Shown: positions 41,621-51,271, counted from the first letter of the stretch. The stretch is DNA of 64,000 nucleotides from an uncultured Alphaproteobacteria bacterium (GCA_963820005.1 CAWFYQ010000009.1:19063-83062), one strand, 5' to 3'. Made by a program: numbers and translations. The notes: generated by a model from the sequence alone, not told the origin.

Positions 41621-42658
41621 TTAGGCGGCGGCGCTGACCTTCTCGGCCGCGACCGATTCGATCGTCTTCAGGATCTGCGAGGCGATCTGGTAGGGATCGC
41701 CTTGAGAATTGGGGCGACGGTCCTCGAGATAGCCTTTGTAGCCGTTGTTGACGAAGCTGTGCGGAACCCGGATCGAGGCGCCGCGATCGGCAACACCGTA
41801 GGTGAAGGTGTCGATCGAGGCGGTCTCGTGCTTGCCGGTCAGGCGCATGTGGTTGTCAGGGCCATAGACCGCGATGTGATCGGCGCGGTTGGCCTTGAAC
41901 GCTTCCATCAGCTTCTCGAAGTACTCCTTGCCGCCGACCTCACGCAGATAGGTGGTCGAGAAATTGGCGTGCATGCCCGAACCGTTCCAGTCGGTGTCGC
42001 CAAGCGGCTTGCAGTGGAACTCGATGTCGACGCCGTATTGCTCGGTGAGCCGCATCATCAGGTAGCGAGCCATCCACATCTCGTCGGCGGCCTTCTTGGA
42101 ACCCTTGCCGAAGATCTGGAACTCCCACTGACCCTTGGCCACCTCGGCGTTGATGCCTTCGTGATTGATGCCGGCGGCGAGGCAGAGGTCGAGATGCTTC
42201 TCGACGATCTCGCGCGCGATCGACCCGACATTCGCGTAGCCCACGCCCGTGTAGTAGGGCCCCTGCGGGGCGGGGTAGCCGTTGTCCGGGAAGCCGAGCG
42301 GGCGGCCGTCCTTGTAGAAGAAGTATTCCTGCTCGAACCCGAACCACGCGCCCGGATCGTCGAGAATGGTTGCGCGCTTGTTCGTGGAGTGCGGGGTCTT
42401 GCCGTCGGGCATCATGACCTCGCACATGACAAGGACGCCGTCCGTGCGAGCGGCATCCGGATAGACCGCGACCGGCTTCAGCACGCAGTCGGAGCTATGA
42501 CCCTCAGCCTGCTTCGTCGAGCTTCCGTCGAAGCCCCACAGCGGAAGTTCTTCCAGCTTTGGAAAGCTGTCATAGGCTTTGATTTGCGTCTTGCCACGCA
42601 GATTGGGCGTGGGCGTATATCCGTCGAGCCAGATATACTCGAGCTTATACTTTGTCAT
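41621..42658 (-). CDS. glnII: Glutamine synthetase II
   Basis: KLEYIWLDG, WGFDGSST, FGFEQEYF, INAEVAKGQWEFQ, DWNGSGMH, RLTGKHET and YLEDRRP motifs. 345 aa. Confidence 0.96.
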   Translation of the reverse strand: MTKYKLEYIWLDGYTPTPNLRGKTQIKAYDSFPKLEELPLWGFDGSSTKQAEGHSSDCVLKPVAVYPDAARTDGVLVMCEVMMPDGKTPHSTNKRATILDDPGAWFGFEQEYFFYKDGRPLGFPDNGYPAPQGPYYTGVGYANVGSIAREIVEKHLDLCLAAGINHEGINAEVAKGQWEFQIFGKGSKKAADEMWMARYLMMRLTEQYGVDIEFHCKPLGDTDWNGSGMHANFSTTYLREVGGKEYFEKLMEAFKANRADHIAVYGPDNHMRLTGKHETASIDTFTYGVADRGASIRVPHSFVNNGYKGYLEDRRPNSQGDPYQIASQILKTIESVAAEKVSAAA

Positions 42659-42744
42659 CGCGAGTCCTCTTGAGCTGTTGACGCAAGATTTTTTGAATCC
42701 CTAAGCCGCCTCCCGTCGACTGGCGGCCAATAGCGCCCGATTCA

Positions 42745-42761
42745 AGCATCAACCATGCCAA
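42745..42761 (-). promoter_or_regulatory. Predicted sigma54 (-24/-12) promoter of glnII
   Basis: Minus strand TTGGCATGGTTGATGCT matches TGGCAC-N5-TTGC with two mismatches. Rhizobial glnII is known to be RpoN/NtrC-dependent. Confidence 0.7.
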
Positions 42762-43070
42762 GGTACGATGCTTGCAGGTCGATCCGTCGCGCCAGGTTCA
42801 GGCGCGGGCGCGCACCGCACGCCGACGGCCCCGTTCGTGAGGGAAATGCGCCATTTGGCAAGGTCGTGAGGGTCGCTCGCGCGTGCGAGGTCAGCACCGA
42901 GCGCGCACAGGTCCGGCTTGAGTTGTGGGTGGCGCGCGTCTGAGCAAAGGAAAGAATGCTGAAATGATAGTCATTCTGCGAGTTTCTTATGCACCGCCCC
43001 TTGCGACTCCGATATAGCGGAGCCTTATCTACTATCCGACGCAATCAGGCATCGAGACCAAGAGCGGAGA

Positions 43071-43271
43071 ATGACAATGACGGAAAATGTTTTGGGGCAG
43101 TCTGCCCAGATTTTGCAGTTCCCTGCAGGTGGTCGCTCGGCTCTGGGCGGCCGCCGCGACGACGTGAAGCCCGCCGAGCCGTTCGTTGCGCCGCGAGTGA
43201 CCAAGGTGGTGACCGGCGCGTGGTATCACGAAGAGGCCGTTCAGGAAGCTCGCCGTGGCTGTAACCGCTGA
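43071..43271 (+). CDS. DUF2735 domain small protein
   Basis: SAQILQFPAGGR...GAWYHEEAV signature. Confidence 0.8.
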   Translation: MTMTENVLGQSAQILQFPAGGRSALGGRRDDVKPAEPFVAPRVTKVVTGAWYHEEAVQEARRGCNR

Positions 43272-43308
43272 TCCGGATCCGAGCAACATCGGAGCAGGTG
43301 TAGACAAC

Positions 43309-43346
43309 AAGAGGGCTAACTTCGCAAAGTTGGCCCTCTTTCATTT
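43309..43346. terminator. Intrinsic terminator between convergent genes
   Basis: AAGAGGGCTAACTT-CGCA-AAGTTGGCCCTCTT (14-bp stem, one G-T pair) followed by TCATTT. Confidence 0.8.
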
Positions 43347-43370
43347 GGTGGCGACTTTTTCGCGCCGCCG

Positions 43371-44561
43371 CTAAGCCCGCGCAGATTTCAGCGCGACCGG
43401 CCCAGCATCCTCCTCGCCCATATACATCGACAGCATGGGCTCGTCAGTGAGGATCACCTCATCATACTCGCCGAAGCCATTGAAACGAGTGGCCAACACG
43501 CGGCCATAGGCGCCGAGCTGGCCGATTTCGATATAGTCGCCCTCGCGCACACATTCAGGCAGCAGGAACGGACCCTTCATGTGGTCGTCGCTGTCGCAGG
43601 TCGGCCCGTAGAGTGAGAACTCGGCGAGCGGCTTCGGCTTCCGGCGCGAGCTCGGAATGAGCCTGGTCGGAAAGGTGAAGCCGAGATAGGCGGCATCGAA
43701 CAGCGTGCCGAACGACCCGTCATTGACGTAGAGCGCGCGGTCGCGGCGGGCGTCGACGCGCACGATCACCGATTCAGACTCGGCCACCAGCGCGCGGCCG
43801 GGCTCGCACATCAGCTCGCAGGAATGCTTGACGGCAAGCTCGTCCGCCGCCCGCACCACCTCCGCCATGAAGCTCGCAAGCTCTGGCGGGTCGGAATGCG
43901 GATAGCGGCTGGGAAAGCCGCCGCCGATGTCGATGGCATCGACCATGACGCCGGAAGTGACGATCAGCTGGCCGATCTGGCATAGCGCCTCGCCGAACGC
44001 GGCCGGGACGACGGCCTGCGAGCCGACATGGAAGGTGATGCCGAGCCTTCGCGCAAGCTGCCGGGCCCGGAGCAGAAGGGCCGGCGCCGCTTCCGCCGAG
44101 GCGCCGAACTTGCCTTCGAGCGGGATCAGGCTGTGCGTGTTCGGGCAGGCGACCCTGAGATAGAGGTCGAGGTCGCCGGCGCCGCCGGTCTCCTGCACGA
44201 TCTTGTCGAGCTCGTCGTCGCTGTCGAAGGCGAAGCTCCGCACGCCGTAATCGCGATAGGCGCGCACGATGGCGCCGCGCGACTTGACCGGGTTCATGAA
44301 GAACAGCTCTGAGCCCTCGACCGCCGCCAGCCGCTCGATCTCCACCAGCGAGGCGACGTCGAAGCCGCAAATGCCGGCCTCGACCAGAGCCGCGACGATT
44401 TCGGGCGCGTCATTCGCCTTGGCGGCGTAGAGCACCCGGCCAGGAAAATTGGCGATGAACCAGTTCGCCGCGCGGCGCGCGGCGTGCGGCCTCAACGCTA
44501 GGACTGGCCGCTCCGGGCGACGATCACGGATAAGCTCCGCGGCAGAAGTGAAAACGTCCAT
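43371..44561 (-). CDS. Ornithine/lysine decarboxylase (fold type III PLP enzyme)
   Basis: YAAKAN (PLP Lys), FDVAS, KFGA, TFHVGSQ, DIGGGF, CEPGRALV, GPTCDS and GAYG motifs. Confidence 0.92.
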   Translation of the reverse strand: MDVFTSAAELIRDRRPERPVLALRPHAARRAANWFIANFPGRVLYAAKANDAPEIVAALVEAGICGFDVASLVEIERLAAVEGSELFFMNPVKSRGAIVRAYRDYGVRSFAFDSDDELDKIVQETGGAGDLDLYLRVACPNTHSLIPLEGKFGASAEAAPALLLRARQLARRLGITFHVGSQAVVPAAFGEALCQIGQLIVTSGVMVDAIDIGGGFPSRYPHSDPPELASFMAEVVRAADELAVKHSCELMCEPGRALVAESESVIVRVDARRDRALYVNDGSFGTLFDAAYLGFTFPTRLIPSSRRKPKPLAEFSLYGPTCDSDDHMKGPFLLPECVREGDYIEIGQLGAYGRVLATRFNGFGEYDEVILTDEPMLSMYMGEEDAGPVALKSARA

Positions 44562-44750
44562 CCCATGTCTACTCCCACACGAGACTGCCGATGTCAGTTG
44601 CTGCCCTTGAGCGATATCGCCTACGAGCCCGCGTCCCGTATGAAATCTGTCATGCAATGTAAAGCGGTTTTCGAGCGCGCCAGCAAATATCCGTCGCAAT
44701 CGCCAACAAAGTTTTTTGTCGCACCCGACTCTGCCTAATCGCGCAGCATG

Positions 44751-46604
44751 TCAATTGGCGCCGGCGGCCTGCGGACCGGCGCTCGAGACCACGCTCGCGG
44801 GGCCGCTCGAATAAACGGGATTTTGCAGCATTCCGAATGTCTTGCGCGCGGCGAGGCGCACCATCGCGCCGGTATAGACATAGATCTCAGCGCTATCGAG
44901 CTTGCCGTCGCCGTTGCCGATCGGCGGCAAATCGGCGCTGCCCGCCATGCCCTCGATCAGATAGCGGGTGAAGAGACCGATGTCGTAGGTCGAATCAGTG
45001 AGCCGCCTCTGGCCCCGATCGGCGGCGAGCAGCACGGTCAGTCCCGGCAGCGGCGAACGGGGCAGCGCGGAGTTGACCGTCTCGGGCAGATTGGGCGGCA
45101 GGAGGTAAGGGCTGTGGTCGCGGCCATACTCGGTCTCGAGCAGCAGCAGCACCGACTTGGCGCCGAGCTTGGCGAGGTTGGCGTAGAGTGTCGAAAGCTT
45201 GTAGCCGCCGAGTTCGTCGCGATAAGGCTGCGTGTCGACCGGCAAGAGATAGGTGTCGGTCTGGGCGAGGTCGGCCGCGCCATGACCCGAATAATAGACC
45301 AGCACCTTGGCGCCGGGATTGGCGCGCACGAGACGGGCGAGCTCGCCGTCGGACCCGGCGACCGCGCCGAACAGCCGCTCGAAGTCGGCCTTCTTGGCAT
45401 CCCTGAGGTCGATGATGTTGTCCGGGCGGTAGCCGAGATGCTCGGTGAGGAACGAGTACATCGCGCCCGCGTCGTTGCGTGAGGTCTCGCTCGGCGCGAG
45501 CTTGGCATAGCTGCGATTGCCGATGATCACCGCGATCGCGGTCTGGTCCTCCTCGGCGGCGGGGAGTGCGCGGTAGAGCTCGCGCGTGCGCGTGTAGCTC
45601 TTGACGTTGATGCTCGGTCCGACGCCGCTATGACGCGGCAGTTGCAGCGGCGGGGTGGCGCATAGCGTGAGATTGCCCGCCTTCTCGATGCGGCGCACGT
45701 CGTCGAGCGAGAGATGGCCCTCGACCGGGACGCAATCGCGGCACCATACGATGCTGGCGCGCTTCTGAAGATCGTCGAGATAGGATTGCGGCAGACCCTT
45801 CGGCGTCGGCAGGCAAATGTCCTCGCAGCGCTCCGCGGTAACGGCTTGACCGTGTGCACGCCGCAACGTCGCCAGCAGGTCGTCAGGCAGGCAGTCAATG
45901 TCGAGCCGCACGGGCGGGGCCGGCGTCCCCTCCTCGGCGACCGGCGCAGCCGGGACCGGAGCCACCTCCACTTGCGGTGCGGGCTCCGCCGCCGGAGCGA
46001 CGGCAGCGGTCGTGTCCAGAGTCTTGCACAGCTCGGTCATCTTCTGCTGCACGCGCTCCGACAGGAGATCCTTCTGCCCGGAGAGTCCGTTGTCGTGCTT
46101 GAAGCTCCAATAGGCGGTCCACGTGTCCTTGCCCCGCTTGCCGTCGATCGGCCCCTTGTAATAGCCGAGCTCGGTCAAGCATCTCTGCGCGCGCGCGACC
46201 GCCTGCACCTGCTCGTCGCTGAGCCCGACCGGTGTTGCGGGCGGAGACGTGACGGGGTCGGCGACCGCTGTCACGGTCTCCCCCGGGGCGCAGGTCCCGC
46301 CGATCCGCTTCAGCCCATTGCCGCACACGCAGGCGCTTCGCTTCGGCGACCAGCGCTCGTTGTCGTCACATGAGGTTGAGGCGCCCGCCTGGCTGGAGGT
46401 AGGCGCCTGATTGGCGCTTTGCGCCGGATTGGCCTTCACCCGCTGCCTCTTCCCAAAGAAGAGCGACGGCTTGCCCTGCGTTGTCTGCGCGCCGGAACGG
46501 GTCGCAGGCTCGGCGACCGATAATTGCGAGAGCGCGACCGCTCCGGCAGCAATAAGCGCGAGCCCAAGGACCAGGCCCCGCGCGCCTCCTCGTCTCCCCG
46601 CCAT
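44751..46604 (-). CDS. Secreted protein with a PG-binding domain and a C14 caspase-like domain lacking the catalytic Cys
   Basis: Signal/TM segment, AQRCLTELGYYKGPIDGKRGKDT (PG_binding_1-like), AVIIGNRSY, YYSGHG, LLLETEYG in place of LDACFSG, GLFTRYL. Confidence 0.8.
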   Translation of the reverse strand: MAGRRGGARGLVLGLALIAAGAVALSQLSVAEPATRSGAQTTQGKPSLFFGKRQRVKANPAQSANQAPTSSQAGASTSCDDNERWSPKRSACVCGNGLKRIGGTCAPGETVTAVADPVTSPPATPVGLSDEQVQAVARAQRCLTELGYYKGPIDGKRGKDTWTAYWSFKHDNGLSGQKDLLSERVQQKMTELCKTLDTTAAVAPAAEPAPQVEVAPVPAAPVAEEGTPAPPVRLDIDCLPDDLLATLRRAHGQAVTAERCEDICLPTPKGLPQSYLDDLQKRASIVWCRDCVPVEGHLSLDDVRRIEKAGNLTLCATPPLQLPRHSGVGPSINVKSYTRTRELYRALPAAEEDQTAIAVIIGNRSYAKLAPSETSRNDAGAMYSFLTEHLGYRPDNIIDLRDAKKADFERLFGAVAGSDGELARLVRANPGAKVLVYYSGHGAADLAQTDTYLLPVDTQPYRDELGGYKLSTLYANLAKLGAKSVLLLLETEYGRDHSPYLLPPNLPETVNSALPRSPLPGLTVLLAADRGQRRLTDSTYDIGLFTRYLIEGMAGSADLPPIGNGDGKLDSAEIYVYTGAMVRLAARKTFGMLQNPVYSSGPASVVSSAGPQAAGAN

Positions 46605-46836
46605 CCGTAGACCTCGCCGCTCAGGCGCTCCTTCGCGCCACGCGAGCAATTAACTCAATTACATCTGCCCTGACGGGCAGAGGCTGCAACCGCCGCGCCC
46701 GTCACCATCATCACCTCGAAATGGCGCTAATGATGGCAAAGCGGCGCGGGGGAAGCGACGCTTTTATTTCACCGTCAGCTTGATCGCCGAGGTCTCGCCC
46801 CAGCCGCGACGCCTGTGAACGCGAAGCCGCCTCCCA

Positions 46837-47820
46837 TTACTTCGTGCCGGCACCCGCGTCAGGTTTATCCTCGTCGGATTTCTGCTCGGATTTCGCTACG
46901 GCGTCGGGCCTCGGCGGCAGCGATTTCAAGAAGGCGGCGATCGCATTGCGGTCCTCTGGCGTGAGCTTGGCCATGTTCTCCTGCACCGCCACCATGCTGC
47001 CGCCGACGGTGTCGTAATCCGGCGTGCTGCCTGTCTCGAGGAAATAGGCGATGTCCTGCTGGCTCCATTCGCCGATGCCGTCGCTGCTCGGGGTGATGTT
47101 GGGCACGGTCCCCTTCCCTTCGGGATTTCTTGCTCCGGCGAACGCCTCGTCGGCGATGATGCCGCCGATGATATTGCGCGGCGAATGGCACTCCGTGCAG
47201 TGACCCGGCGCCGTGACCAGATAGGCGCCGCGATTGAGCTCGGCGCTCGCTTGCGGGTCGGGAACGTAGCTCTTGCCGTCGACATAGAGCCTCTGCCAAA
47301 GGCCCAGCCCGCGGCGAATGTTCAATGGAAACGCAAGATCGTGCTCCGGCACCTCGTTCTTCACTGGTGGCAGGCTGTCGAGATAGGCCTTGAGGTCGAT
47401 CAGGTCCGCAAAGCTCATGCGCTGGTAGGACGTGTAGGGAAACGCGGGATAGAGATGCTCGCCCTCTGGCGCCATGCCGAGCTTCATGGCGTTGACGAAG
47501 TCAAGCGTGCTCCATGCGCCAATGCCGGTCTCCTTGTCGGGAGAGATATTCGGCACGTTGAAGGTGCCGACCGGCGTCTTGAGGCAGCGCCCGCCGGCAA
47601 GCAGCTCTTTGGCCTTGGTCTTGCGATCGTCGCACGCCTTGAGCGGCGCGGCGTGGCACTCGGCGCAGCCGCCGGCGGTGAAGATGTATTTGCCGTTGGC
47701 GAGATCGGGGGTGTGGGCCGGAAGCGCCGAGGCCTCGATGGCGCGCGGCATGGTCAGCACGTAGAACGCGACTGCGCCCACGGCGGCAAGAGCGAGCAAC
47801 GCCAACAGCGGCCTGCGCAT
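46837..47820 (-). CDS. Diheme c-type cytochrome
   Basis: CAECH and CTECH heme motifs, PNISPDKETGIGAW and YPAFPYTSY. Confidence 0.9.
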   Translation of the reverse strand: MRRPLLALLALAAVGAVAFYVLTMPRAIEASALPAHTPDLANGKYIFTAGGCAECHAAPLKACDDRKTKAKELLAGGRCLKTPVGTFNVPNISPDKETGIGAWSTLDFVNAMKLGMAPEGEHLYPAFPYTSYQRMSFADLIDLKAYLDSLPPVKNEVPEHDLAFPLNIRRGLGLWQRLYVDGKSYVPDPQASAELNRGAYLVTAPGHCTECHSPRNIIGGIIADEAFAGARNPEGKGTVPNITPSSDGIGEWSQQDIAYFLETGSTPDYDTVGGSMVAVQENMAKLTPEDRNAIAAFLKSLPPRPDAVAKSEQKSDEDKPDAGAGTK

Positions 47821-47871
47821 CGCCTGCTTTCCTTTAAATGACGCCGACCGCCGTCCGGACCGAGCTCGCGA

Positions 47872-48342
47872 TCACTCCTTCTCCTTGGCGCGATAGGTCT
47901 CGTGGCACTCTTTGCACACCTTGGTCATGTCGGTGAATGCCGTCTTGAACGCGTCCTTGCCTTGCGCCGCCGCAGTCGCCGCCTTGGCTGAGGCTTCCTT
48001 CAGCTTCTGCGCCTCGGCTTTGAAGCCGTCGAAATCCTCCCAGATCTTGGGCAACGCCTCGCTGTCGGCGACGGCGCCCTCTTCGCTGCCCGTGGGGAAC
48101 AGCTTCACATATTGATCGGGGACGCCGCTGATCTCGTTCATGGCCTTCTCGAGCTTGGCGGCATCGTAAGTCACGGCGCCCTTGAGCATGTCGCCGCCGA
48201 GCTTGGTGTCGACGCGGACGATGTCCTTCATCAGATGCCGCCGCTCCTTCACCGCCTTGGCGAGATCCTCGGCCGACATGGCGAGCGTCGTGAACGCCGC
48301 CACGCCGAGCAGCGTACACACCGTCATTTTCAGTTTCTGCAT
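47872..48342 (-). CDS. Cytochrome c'/c556 (cytochrome C_2 family)
   Basis: Signal peptide, ALPKIWEDFDGF and C-terminal CKECHETYR. Confidence 0.92.
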   Translation of the reverse strand: MQKLKMTVCTLLGVAAFTTLAMSAEDLAKAVKERRHLMKDIVRVDTKLGGDMLKGAVTYDAAKLEKAMNEISGVPDQYVKLFPTGSEEGAVADSEALPKIWEDFDGFKAEAQKLKEASAKAATAAAQGKDAFKTAFTDMTKVCKECHETYRAKEKE

Positions 48343-48440
48343 GTCCCTCTCCGCATATCCCAGGGGCACGGCCCAGCCGCCGCATCGCGTCGAATCCTGC
48401 CACAGTCGCAGCGCCGCACGCCAGCGCGCTCGATCGGCAA

Positions 48441-49070
48441 TCACGGCATTGGGATGGCGCGGCCTTCCTTGAGCACGTCCCAGCCGCGCTTGACCGCTGG
48501 GCGCTCGGCGATGGCGCGATACCAGCGCATCACATTCGGATGCTCGGCAAATTCGATCCTTTGCCAGGCGAAGCGCGAGATCCACGGCCAGATCGCGATA
48601 TCGGCGACGGAGTAGTCGCCTGCGACATATTCGACCTCGCCGAGGCGCCGGTCGAGCACGCCCCATAGCCGCTTTGCTTCCTTCGCGTAGCGGTCCTCGG
48701 CATAGCCGCTCTTGCCGGGGTTGAACTTCACGAAATGGTGGACCTGACCGAGAAACGGTCCGATCCCTCCCATCTGCCACATGAGCCACTCGACCACCCG
48801 CCATTTGGTCGGGAAGTCCTGCGGCCAGAGTTTGCCGGTCTTCTCGGCGAGATAGAGCAGGATGGCGCCGGACTCCATCAGGTGCATGCCGTTATCGGTG
48901 TCGACGATGGCCGGGATCTTGTTGTTGGGGGCGATTCTGAGGAATGCCGGATCGAACTGCGCGTCGTTGAGGATGTCGACCGGGTACGCGCGGTACGGGA
49001 GACCGACCTCCTCCAGCATGATCGACACTTTCTGCCCGTTCGGCGTGGTCCAGGTATAAAGCTCGATCAT
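48441..49070 (-). CDS. Glutathione S-transferase family protein (YfcG-like)
   Basis: TTPNGQK, PNNKIPAIVD, ESGAILLYLAEK and YSVADIAIWPW motifs. Confidence 0.92.
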   Translation of the reverse strand: MIELYTWTTPNGQKVSIMLEEVGLPYRAYPVDILNDAQFDPAFLRIAPNNKIPAIVDTDNGMHLMESGAILLYLAEKTGKLWPQDFPTKWRVVEWLMWQMGGIGPFLGQVHHFVKFNPGKSGYAEDRYAKEAKRLWGVLDRRLGEVEYVAGDYSVADIAIWPWISRFAWQRIEFAEHPNVMRWYRAIAERPAVKRGWDVLKEGRAIPMP

Positions 49071-49313
49071 CGTCCCCCCTCGGCTCACCTCTCGCGGTCG
49101 CGTCAACGGATGGACGCGAAACGCCGCACTGTCAAAGGGCTGCAGCCGCTGGCGCGCGCGGTCTTTCGCACTTGCGGAAAATTTGATTCACCAAGTGTTC
49201 ATCCCTCGGCCTCCCTATCGCCTAGAACCTGTCGCTCCACCGCCACAGCAGAATGTTAGCCGTAATCGCATGAGCGCCGCCCGAACTCAATGCGCGCGCC
49301 TAGGGAGGAATCG

Positions 49314-50063
49314 ATGCTCAATTGTGCTCATGTCGAGAGCGAACGGACAGGCGTTGCCGCCAGCCGACCGAGCTTCGCCCGCTACGCCATCTATTTCACG
49401 CCGCAGCCAGGAACGGCGCTCGCCGCGTTCGGGCGCTCGTGGTTCGGCCGCGCCAATGACGGCGCCACGCTGGAGGCCTTCTCGGATGCCGGGTTCGCCG
49501 GCACCGGCTTCGCCAAGATCGCCGCCGTGCCCGCGCGCTATACCGGGCTGCACGCGCTGTTCAGGGCGCCGTTCGCGCTCCGCGACGGGGTTGCGCTCGA
49601 TGCGCTCAAGTCGCGGCTGGTCAGCTTCGCCTCGCGCCGCAAGCCCGCCGAGACCGGTCCGCTGACGCTGGCGCGTGCCGGGCGCTTTCTCGTGCTTCGC
49701 CCGGTCGAGCCGACGCCGCTGCTCGAATGGCTCGCCGCGCAGTGCGTCGGCGCCTTCGACGATTTCGCCGCGCCCACAACCGAAACCGAGCGCTCGGCCC
49801 ATGCGAGCCCCAATCTCAGCGACTATCAGCGCCTCCTGCTGGAAAGCTTCGGCGATCCTTTCGTGCTGAGCGAGTATCGCTTCTACATCACGCTCACCGG
49901 CCCGCTCGATGCGGCCCATCTGGAGCGGGTGTCGCAGGCGCTGTGGCCCGTGCTCGAGGAGATTTGCGCCTCGGGCGTCACGGTCGACGGCCTGTCGCTG
50001 TTCGGCGATTCAGGCGGCCGCCCGCCGATGCGGCTGATCGGCCGCTATCGCTTGGGCGCTTGA
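49314..50063 (+). CDS. DUF1045 domain protein with degenerate motifs
   Basis: RYAIYFTP, HALFRAPFAL and FGDPFVLSEYRFYITLTGPL motifs. RBS AGGGAGG. Confidence 0.8.
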   Translation: MLNCAHVESERTGVAASRPSFARYAIYFTPQPGTALAAFGRSWFGRANDGATLEAFSDAGFAGTGFAKIAAVPARYTGLHALFRAPFALRDGVALDALKSRLVSFASRRKPAETGPLTLARAGRFLVLRPVEPTPLLEWLAAQCVGAFDDFAAPTTETERSAHASPNLSDYQRLLLESFGDPFVLSEYRFYITLTGPLDAAHLERVSQALWPVLEEICASGVTVDGLSLFGDSGGRPPMRLIGRYRLGA

Positions 50064-50176
50064 TCTCCATTTCACTCGAGGGTTTCGGCCGGGGCGCGCA
50101 TGCGCCCGGCGGGGCCAAAGTTTTGACACACCCCTTGGCCACCCTCGCCTCTGCTGGGGAAATGACGGGGGTTGCA

Positions 50177-50362
50177 ATGCCCGCCTATGGCGAAATCCTT
50201 TCGTTCCTCGCCGCGAACCCGCCCGAGCTCGCCGACGAGCGCGAGCTGCATGCCTCGCTGCTTGAGCTTCTGGCCAAATGTCTGCGCTCCGACGAGCAGG
50301 TCGAGGATGTCTCGGTCGAGGATTTGCCGGCCGGGCATTTCCGCTGGGTGAACGTCAACTAG
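50177..50362 (+). CDS. Small acidic hypothetical protein, ~61 aa
   Basis: MPAYGEILSFLAANPPELADERELHASLLELLAKCLRSDEQVEDVSVEDLPAGHFRWVNVN*. Typical codon usage. Alternative ATG at 50162. Confidence 0.55.
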   Translation: MPAYGEILSFLAANPPELADERELHASLLELLAKCLRSDEQVEDVSVEDLPAGHFRWVNVN

Positions 50363-50548
50363 GCTCGCCTTGCGCCTGATCAAGGCGGCGGCGCAGCTGC
50401 TGATCTAGGTCTGAAGCTAGCGGTGAAAGGCCGGTTCCCCGGGGCATTTGCGCATGAGAGCCACGGGTGGTATTGAGCCTAGAGGTGGGTCGCCTGGGCG
50501 CTGGATGGCCAGCAATTTGAACCGTTTCGAGGAAAGTGGACGGGGATC

Positions 50549-51247
50549 ATGAGGGAAAGCGTCGCGGTCAAGCATCCGGTTGGGCACAGGGCCAGCCAGG
50601 CGGAAGACGTCGTCAAGAGCTTCGTCAGAAGCGTCGATACCGCCAAACGGTCCGAGCAGCCTTACCGCAACTGGTCGCTCCAGGCCTGCTTCCCCGCCGA
50701 TACGGTCGACGACATCCTGGCGCTCCCGTTCGAGCCGCCGTCGCTCGAGGGCGTCTCCGGCAAGCGCGAGCTGCACAACAACACCCGCAGATATTTCGAC
50801 GCCGACAACCGGAAGGACTTCCCGGTCTGCGAGGCGGTGGCGCAAGCCTTCCAGGACAAGCGCGTCACCAGCCATATCGAGAAGATATTCGGCACCGATC
50901 TCAGCGGCACCTATCTCCGCATCGAGTTCGCCCAAGACATCGACGGCTTCTGGCTCGAGCCGCACACCGATCTCGGCGTGAAGGTGTTCACCTTGCTGCT
51001 CTATCTGTCGACGGACCCGAGCCATAAGGATCTTGGCACCGACATCTATGATGGCGACAAGAAGCATGTCGGCCGTTCCGCCTTCGCCTCTAACGGCGCC
51101 ATGGTGTTCGTGCCGGGCAACAACACCTATCACGGCTTCGAGAAGCGCCCGATCAAGGGCGTGCGCACCTCGCTCATCATCAATTACGTGACCAATGAGT
51201 GGCGGGCGCGCGAGCAGCTGTCCTTCCCCGAGACGCCAATCGCCTGA
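50549..51247 (+). CDS. 2OG-Fe(II) oxygenase family protein
   Basis: WLEPHTD (HxD), YHGFE (distal His) and RTS (2OG-binding RxS) motifs. Confidence 0.82.
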   Translation: MRESVAVKHPVGHRASQAEDVVKSFVRSVDTAKRSEQPYRNWSLQACFPADTVDDILALPFEPPSLEGVSGKRELHNNTRRYFDADNRKDFPVCEAVAQAFQDKRVTSHIEKIFGTDLSGTYLRIEFAQDIDGFWLEPHTDLGVKVFTLLLYLSTDPSHKDLGTDIYDGDKKHVGRSAFASNGAMVFVPGNNTYHGFEKRPIKGVRTSLIINYVTNEWRAREQLSFPETPIA

Positions 51248-51271
51248 GCGTCCTCATACCGCTCAGAAATT

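Noticed and set aside
42840-43010. NtrC binding sites upstream of glnII
   Set aside because: Only half-site matches (TGCGCC, TGCACC) without the symmetric partner. A PWM scan is needed.
46837-48342. Cytochrome c' plus diheme cytochrome c pair
   Set aside because: A common conserved gene pair in Alphaproteobacteria, with nothing unusual in its motifs.
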